Below are positions 59,466 to 64,000 of a stretch of DNA of 64,000 nt, piece by piece (position 1 is the stretch's first letter; each line of letters opens with the position of its first letter). This stretch comes from Chitinophagales bacterium (lineage in GTDB: Bacteria; Bacteroidota; Bacteroidia; Chitinophagales; LD1). Under the pieces are notes generated by a model, which ran no database searches, was not told the origin of the DNA, and worked only from the letters and a program-made list of their open reading frames with translations. Position numbers and translations under genes: made by a program. Location: the NCBI GenBank assembly GCA_044226285.1, contig JBGAHI010000009.1, positions 965-64,964 on the forward strand. The letters run 5' to 3'.

Positions 59466-60962
59466 TTATCGGATAATTGATAAGTGTTGCATTTGCGATG
59501 TTCCATTGGCTAAAGTAATGCGAACGCAATAGTTACCGTTAGTTAAATCGGAAGTTTCTATACGAATTTTATCCCCTTGCAGAGGGGTAATTGATGCGTA
59601 TATTTCTTTCCCTAACATATCCAATAGTTGAACTTTTACATCCTTACTGTTAGTTGATTGTGCGAATACAATAAACACCTCATTCAATGCAGGATTGGGA
59701 TATAGCTGGAAAGGCGAAGTTGAAGCTTGCGACTCGATCGCATTTGTAAGACTTTCTTCAATACAAATATCATCTAATAAAAGATAAGGAGATGCCACAG
59801 TATTCCCTTTGATTTTTACACGCCACCATATTTGACCGAAATCTTTGCTTAACCCTGAAGCAAATACTGTTGCTGTTTGCCAGGTAGTATTGCTGAAATT
59901 TGGTTTACTGAAAATGTTTTTGGCCCCAGCGGGAATATTCACCACATTGATACTTCCGCACCCCCCTTGGTTGTTGTGTGTTAATCCATCTGTTAAAACA
60001 ACATCAAAAGAATCGAGAGGAACATTAGTAGCCAGAGACGTATAGTAGCGGTACTTAAATGTGATTTTATAGTTTTTTCCCGAAAGGAAATTGTAATCAT
60101 ACGCTGCTCCTTCCGCTCTATTATTTCCACAAGCGCCAAGTAAAAGACATTGGGTTCCGGAAGGGTAATTAATTCCCGCAACATCCGGTAAAATGCTTGG
60201 GCTCCCATTCACAGAAGACCATCCTTCAAGCGGCTGACCGATTCCTCTGAACAGATCAACAGCGTTTTCTTTGTTTTGAATGATGCCTACAATTGAATCG
60301 TCAAAATTAATGCAGATGGTACTTGTAAGCTCTTCAACACACACATCATCCATAAGAAGATACGGTGAATTAGCAACAGGCGATGAAATATTTACTCTAA
60401 ACCAAAGTTGCGTATGCGATTGTGAAAGACCTGAAACCGTTAAAGAAGCTGTTTGCCAAGTTGTATCATTAAAATTAGTTACCGATAAAATGTTTGTGGC
60501 TCCTGAAGGAATAGCGGGTACTGAAATTGTACCACATCCTCCTTGATTGATATGCCCCAATCCATCCGTAAGCACCACATCAAAAGTTTGAATAGGTGAA
60601 TTCGTTGATTGTAAACTGAAGTATCTGTACTTAAATGAAACTTTATACTGTTTTCCGGTTTGGAAAGCATAACTGTAAGCTGCTCCTTCAGCCCTGTTAT
60701 TCCCACAAGCGCCCATCAACAAACATTGTTTTCCCGAAGGATAATTAACGCTCGCATTATTAGGGAAAATACTAGGACTACCACTAACAGAAACCCAGCC
60801 TTCGAAAGGTTGTCCAACTCCTCTAAAAAGGTCGATGGCGTTTTCTTTATTGGCTGTTATTCCAATTATCGAATCATCAAAGTTAAAGCATTTGGGTTGC
60901 GCCACTATTAAACCTGAAATGAATAAGAGCGCGAATGATAAGTGTAAGTTTAGTTTCCTCAT
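59466..60962 (-). CDS. T9SS type A cargo protein with two tandem ~190-aa repeats
   Basis: CFNFDDSIIGI.../CINFDDSIVGI... duplicated domain; CTD LYPNPA...LLDMLGK...GNYCVRI. Confidence 0.85.
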   Translation of the reverse strand: MRKLNLHLSFALLFISGLIVAQPKCFNFDDSIIGITANKENAIDLFRGVGQPFEGWVSVSGSPSIFPNNASVNYPSGKQCLLMGACGNNRAEGAAYSYAFQTGKQYKVSFKYRYFSLQSTNSPIQTFDVVLTDGLGHINQGGCGTISVPAIPSGATNILSVTNFNDTTWQTASLTVSGLSQSHTQLWFRVNISSPVANSPYLLMDDVCVEELTSTICINFDDSIVGIIQNKENAVDLFRGIGQPLEGWSSVNGSPSILPDVAGINYPSGTQCLLLGACGNNRAEGAAYDYNFLSGKNYKITFKYRYYTSLATNVPLDSFDVVLTDGLTHNNQGGCGSINVVNIPAGAKNIFSKPNFSNTTWQTATVFASGLSKDFGQIWWRVKIKGNTVASPYLLLDDICIEESLTNAIESQASTSPFQLYPNPALNEVFIVFAQSTNSKDVKVQLLDMLGKEIYASITPLQGDKIRIETSDLTNGNYCVRITLANGTSQMQHLSIIR

Positions 60963-61193
60963 GTTCAACATTTTTGCGAAATATAATGAAATGTTGTTTT
61001 TAGCTACCTTTATTGTAAACCTTTAGAATAGCTATAACAGATATAAAGTAAAATCAACTACCTTGTTTTTTTCAAGAAAAGTCATATTGATTGTTGTTTG
61101 TCCACAAGTTATTCCACAGGTTTAATGCACGTTGTGTTTTATCCTTTTCTTTCATAAATTTATCGGTACAGATATATTCAATAAAATTCACTC

Positions 61194-64000
61194 ATGAAAA
61201 ATTTTCACCTATTTCTAATCACCGTTTTTTTTCTCTTCGGGAATAAGCAATTAACGGCACAACAGTGTGATGTTATCTATGTAACCCCTAGCGGTGCATC
61301 TTCAGGTGCAGCCGGCACCAAAGCCAATCCTGCAAGTTTAACCTATGCATTAACATTGGTAACTGCGACCTCCAATAAAATTTGGATGGCTCAAGGTAAT
61401 TATGCTTTAGCACAACCTATTCAACTGATTAGCAATGTAACCATAGAAGGTGGTTTTGATGCAACAACTTGGATTAAGAGCAATGCAACACCAACTGTTA
61501 TTGCGAAGGATAACAGCAATGTAATTGTTGCAGCAAATGCATTAGTGGCTTTTGCTGGGAATGCAGTAAGTAATTTTCGATTACAAGATTTAACCATAAC
61601 AGTAGCGAATGCAGTAGGTGCGCAAACTTCGGTGTACGGAATTTATTTGAATGGATGCAGTAACTACAATATAGTGCGTTGTAATGTTACAACAGGAAAT
61701 GCCGGTGCAGGTGTGCCCGGTAATGGAGGAACTGCGGGTGCAGCAGGTGGAGCAGGAGGTGCTGGTCCGGCTGCAAATGGGAATGAACAATATTTTCCCG
61801 GAGGAACCGGAGGTGTTGGAGGCAATAATGGCGGAACAGGTTCTACCAATGGCCGACATAGCGGTGGAACCGGACCCGGAAGTCCAGGTGCAGGAGCATG
61901 TGGGGGTGCCGGAGGAGCAAGCGGAACAGGCCCATCTTGTACTGCGGGTTGTGCTTTTGGAAGTCCTAATTGCGGGAGTGCAACAGCCGGTCAACCCGGT
62001 GTAGCTGGAGGCCCCGGCACAGCTGGAAATGCTGGAGCACCAGGTCCGGCAGGAACGGTTGCTATTCCCGGTTTTTTTGTGCCGGGTGGGGCAGGAGGAA
62101 CAGGTACTACAGGCACTCCTGGTTGCGGAGGCGGTGGTGGTGGCGGTGGCGGTGGCCGACAAAACAGTGGCCCCGATGATGTTGGCGGAGGCGGTGGAGG
62201 CGGAGGCGGAGGCGGCTTCGGAGGTACAGGAGGTACGGGTGGCACAGGCGGTGGAGGATCTTTTGCAGTTTTTTTATATAACAATGGAGCAGGTGGCAGT
62301 ATTGCCGATTGTGCGCTTAATCCAGGTTTAGGAGGTATTGGTGGCGCTGGAGGAAATGGTGGATCAGGCGGATCAGGCGGATCAGGTGGCCCGGGAGGTG
62401 CTGCCGGTTGCGGACCAAACCCAGGAGGCGCAGGTGGTGCAGGAGGAACAGGCGGAGCGGGCGGAGCAGGTGGTGCCGGAGCAAACGGACCAAGCACAGC
62501 CCTTTCTGAAAATGGAGGAACACCTGTAACACAAAGTAATATTACATCTGTGCCCGGAAATCCACCGGTAATAGCAGTCGATAATCATGGATGTACCAAT
62601 GCGCAAGTAATTTTTACATCACCAACATCCGGAGCTTGGAATTTCGGAATTGGCGCAACACCTACAACAGGAAGCGGATCAGGGCCAATTGCTGTAACGT
62701 ACAGTAATACCGGACGAAAAACAATTTCTTTTTCAGGAACTTCATTTACCGATTTCGTGGATATTTATACTTCACAATCTGTATCAGGAACAATCACAGG
62801 GAAAAATGCACCGGCCATCAATGGTTGCCCTGATACATTTACTACAACAATTTCCGGTTCATTATATCAATGGACCTTTGGTGCAAATGCACAACCACCG
62901 GTTATTTCGGGAGCAAGTTATCAATCGGCTCCGGTTGTTTTTCTTCAACCCGGTCCGCAATGGGTAGCCGTTTATGTTACAACTCCTTGTTGTGGTATTG
63001 TAAAAGATTCTGTGTTGGTGAATGTACAACCGAATTCGATAAATGTGTCGCTAGCTGCTACAAAAGATACCATCTGTGCCGGTGATCCAATCACCTACAC
63101 TGCTTCACCAACAGGTTATTTAGGCTATACCTTTATTGTGAATAATGTTCCGGTGCAAAACGGACTATCCAATACATTTACTACATCTACATTAAATGCA
63201 GGTGATAGTGTTATTGTTGCTGCATTTGATGGTGTTTGTTTCTCTAATCCAAGTGCTGTAAAACATCCTGTGGTGAATCCAATTCCTACAGTAAGTTTGG
63301 CGAGTTCCGATGCCGATAACTCCATTTGCAGTGGCGATAATGTTACGTTTACAGCAACGCCTAACGGCTACGATACTTATACGTTCTATGACGGAGCAAC
63401 TGTGTTACAAGCCAATGCGGCCAATACCTATTCAACAACTACATTAGCAGCCGGAAATTCTATTACTGTTGTGGCAACTAATAAGGGTTGTAACAGTCCG
63501 CAAAGTACTGCAATTGTAACAACAGTAAATCCTATTCCTGTAATTACCATAAGCTCGCCTTCTCCAAGCTATTGTGTTGGCGATAATATAACCATAACCG
63601 CTAATCCAAACACATACACGAACTACGATTTTAGTTTGAATGGTTCGTCCGTTCAAAGTTCAGCGGCTAATACCTACAGTTCAACAACGTTTGTTACTGG
63701 TGATGTGGTTGCTGTTGTTGCTTCTGCAAATGGTTGTACCAGCAGCGTTCAAACATTACCTGCGTTAACCGTAAATCCTATTCCTTCGGTAACATTAACG
63801 AGCTCTGATGCAGATAACTCGATTTGTCAGAACGAGCAAATAACATTTACAGCAAGCCCGGCAGGTTATGCCCTTTATGAGTTTTATAATGGTGCTACCT
63901 TATTACAATCAGGATCTTCTGAAACATATGCTACCACTACACTTCCGGCCGGAAACAATGTAACGGTTTATGCCACTAACTTGAATTGTAAAAGTCCGGT
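61194..64000 (+). CDS. Large secreted surface protein (beta-helix-like N-terminus, Gly-rich region, Ig/PKD-like repeats); 3' end outside window
   Basis: Own translation from ATG 61194: MKNFHLFLITVFFLFGNKQLTAQQCDVIYVTPSG...; the same frame was confirmed at 62520 and 63960 (spot checks); repeats of ICxGxxxTxTAxP; missing from the ORF track because there is no stop in the window. Confidence 0.88.
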   Translation, partial: MKNFHLFLITVFFLFGNKQLTAQQCDVIYVTPSGASSGAAGTKANPASLTYALTLVTATSNKIWMAQGNYALAQPIQLISNVTIEGGFDATTWIKSNATPTVIAKDNSNVIVAANALVAFAGNAVSNFRLQDLTITVANAVGAQTSVYGIYLNGCSNYNIVRCNVTTGNAGAGVPGNGGTAGAAGGAGGAGPAANGNEQYFPGGTGGVGGNNGGTGSTNGRHSGGTGPGSPGAGACGGAGGASGTGPSCTAGCAFGSPNCGSATAGQPGVAGGPGTAGNAGAPGPAGTVAIPGFFVPGGAGGTGTTGTPGCGGGGGGGGGGRQNSGPDDVGGGGGGGGGGGFGGTGGTGGTGGGGSFAVFLYNNGAGGSIADCALNPGLGGIGGAGGNGGSGGSGGSGGPGGAAGCGPNPGGAGGAGGTGGAGGAGGAGANGPSTALSENGGTPVTQSNITSVPGNPPVIAVDNHGCTNAQVIFTSPTSGAWNFGIGATPTTGSGSGPIAVTYSNTGRKTISFSGTSFTDFVDIYTSQSVSGTITGKNAPAINGCPDTFTTTISGSLYQWTFGANAQPPVISGASYQSAPVVFLQPGPQWVAVYVTTPCCGIVKDSVLVNVQPNSINVSLAATKDTICAGDPITYTASPTGYLGYTFIVNNVPVQNGLSNTFTTSTLNAGDSVIVAAFDGVCFSNPSAVKHPVVNPIPTVSLASSDADNSICSGDNVTFTATPNGYDTYTFYDGATVLQANAANTYSTTTLAAGNSITVVATNKGCNSPQSTAIVTTVNPIPVITISSPSPSYCVGDNITITANPNTYTNYDFSLNGSSVQSSAANTYSSTTFVTGDVVAVVASANGCTSSVQTLPALTVNPIPSVTLTSSDADNSICQNEQITFTASPAGYALYEFYNGATLLQSGSSETYATTTLPAGNNVTVYATNLNCKSP

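Noticed and set aside
61098-61119. Two DnaA-box-like words (TTGTCCACA, TATTCCACA) in an AT-rich gap, possible oriC
   Set aside because: Both mismatch TTWTNCACA, only two copies, no dnaA/gidA context, and GC skew could not be computed
61590-62606. Pro-rich, Ser/Thr/Cys-rich and Glu/Val-rich ORFs in the track
   Set aside because: Shadow frames of the Gly-rich coding tract of the ORF starting at 61194

Overview
Bacteroidota chromosomal window, judged from T9SS C-terminal domains, TAnnTTTG -7 promoters, a TonB receptor and HYC_CC_PP, DUF3276 and GYDIA-kinase families. The main feature is a ~14 kb isoprenoid-to-sterol supercluster (12100-26137). It contains an oxidosqualene cyclase with the cycloartenol-synthase Y/H/I signature, a eukaryote-like squalene synthase and squalene monooxygenase, a short-chain prenyltransferase and five mevalonate/IPP genes (IDI-2, class II HMG-CoA reductase, GYDIA GHMP kinase, MvaD, Mvk). 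Three genes of unexplained role sit inside it: a DUF1295 steroid-reductase-like membrane enzyme, a secreted DUF2147 protein and a polytopic membrane-anchored AraC regulator. Together they suggest an undescribed bacterial sterol modification, sensing or trafficking module (inference). The first 1.7 kb holds two AT-rich orphan genes, each behind a copy of a ~143 bp structured repeat, among REP-like palindromes. The rest is mostly housekeeping (Pif1-like helicase, heavy-metal TonB locus, fhs, dps, parE/parC, ruvX, def, nhaA, queE, folD, lepA, fldA, S41 protease, leuS, yhhQ, atoB), plus two PUR/DUF3276 paralogues, an ECF sigma/anti-sigma pair and several T9SS cargo proteins. A large Gly-rich surface protein starts at 61194 and runs off the window; it is absent from the ORF track. 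All calls come from motif recognition by eye; no database searches were run.
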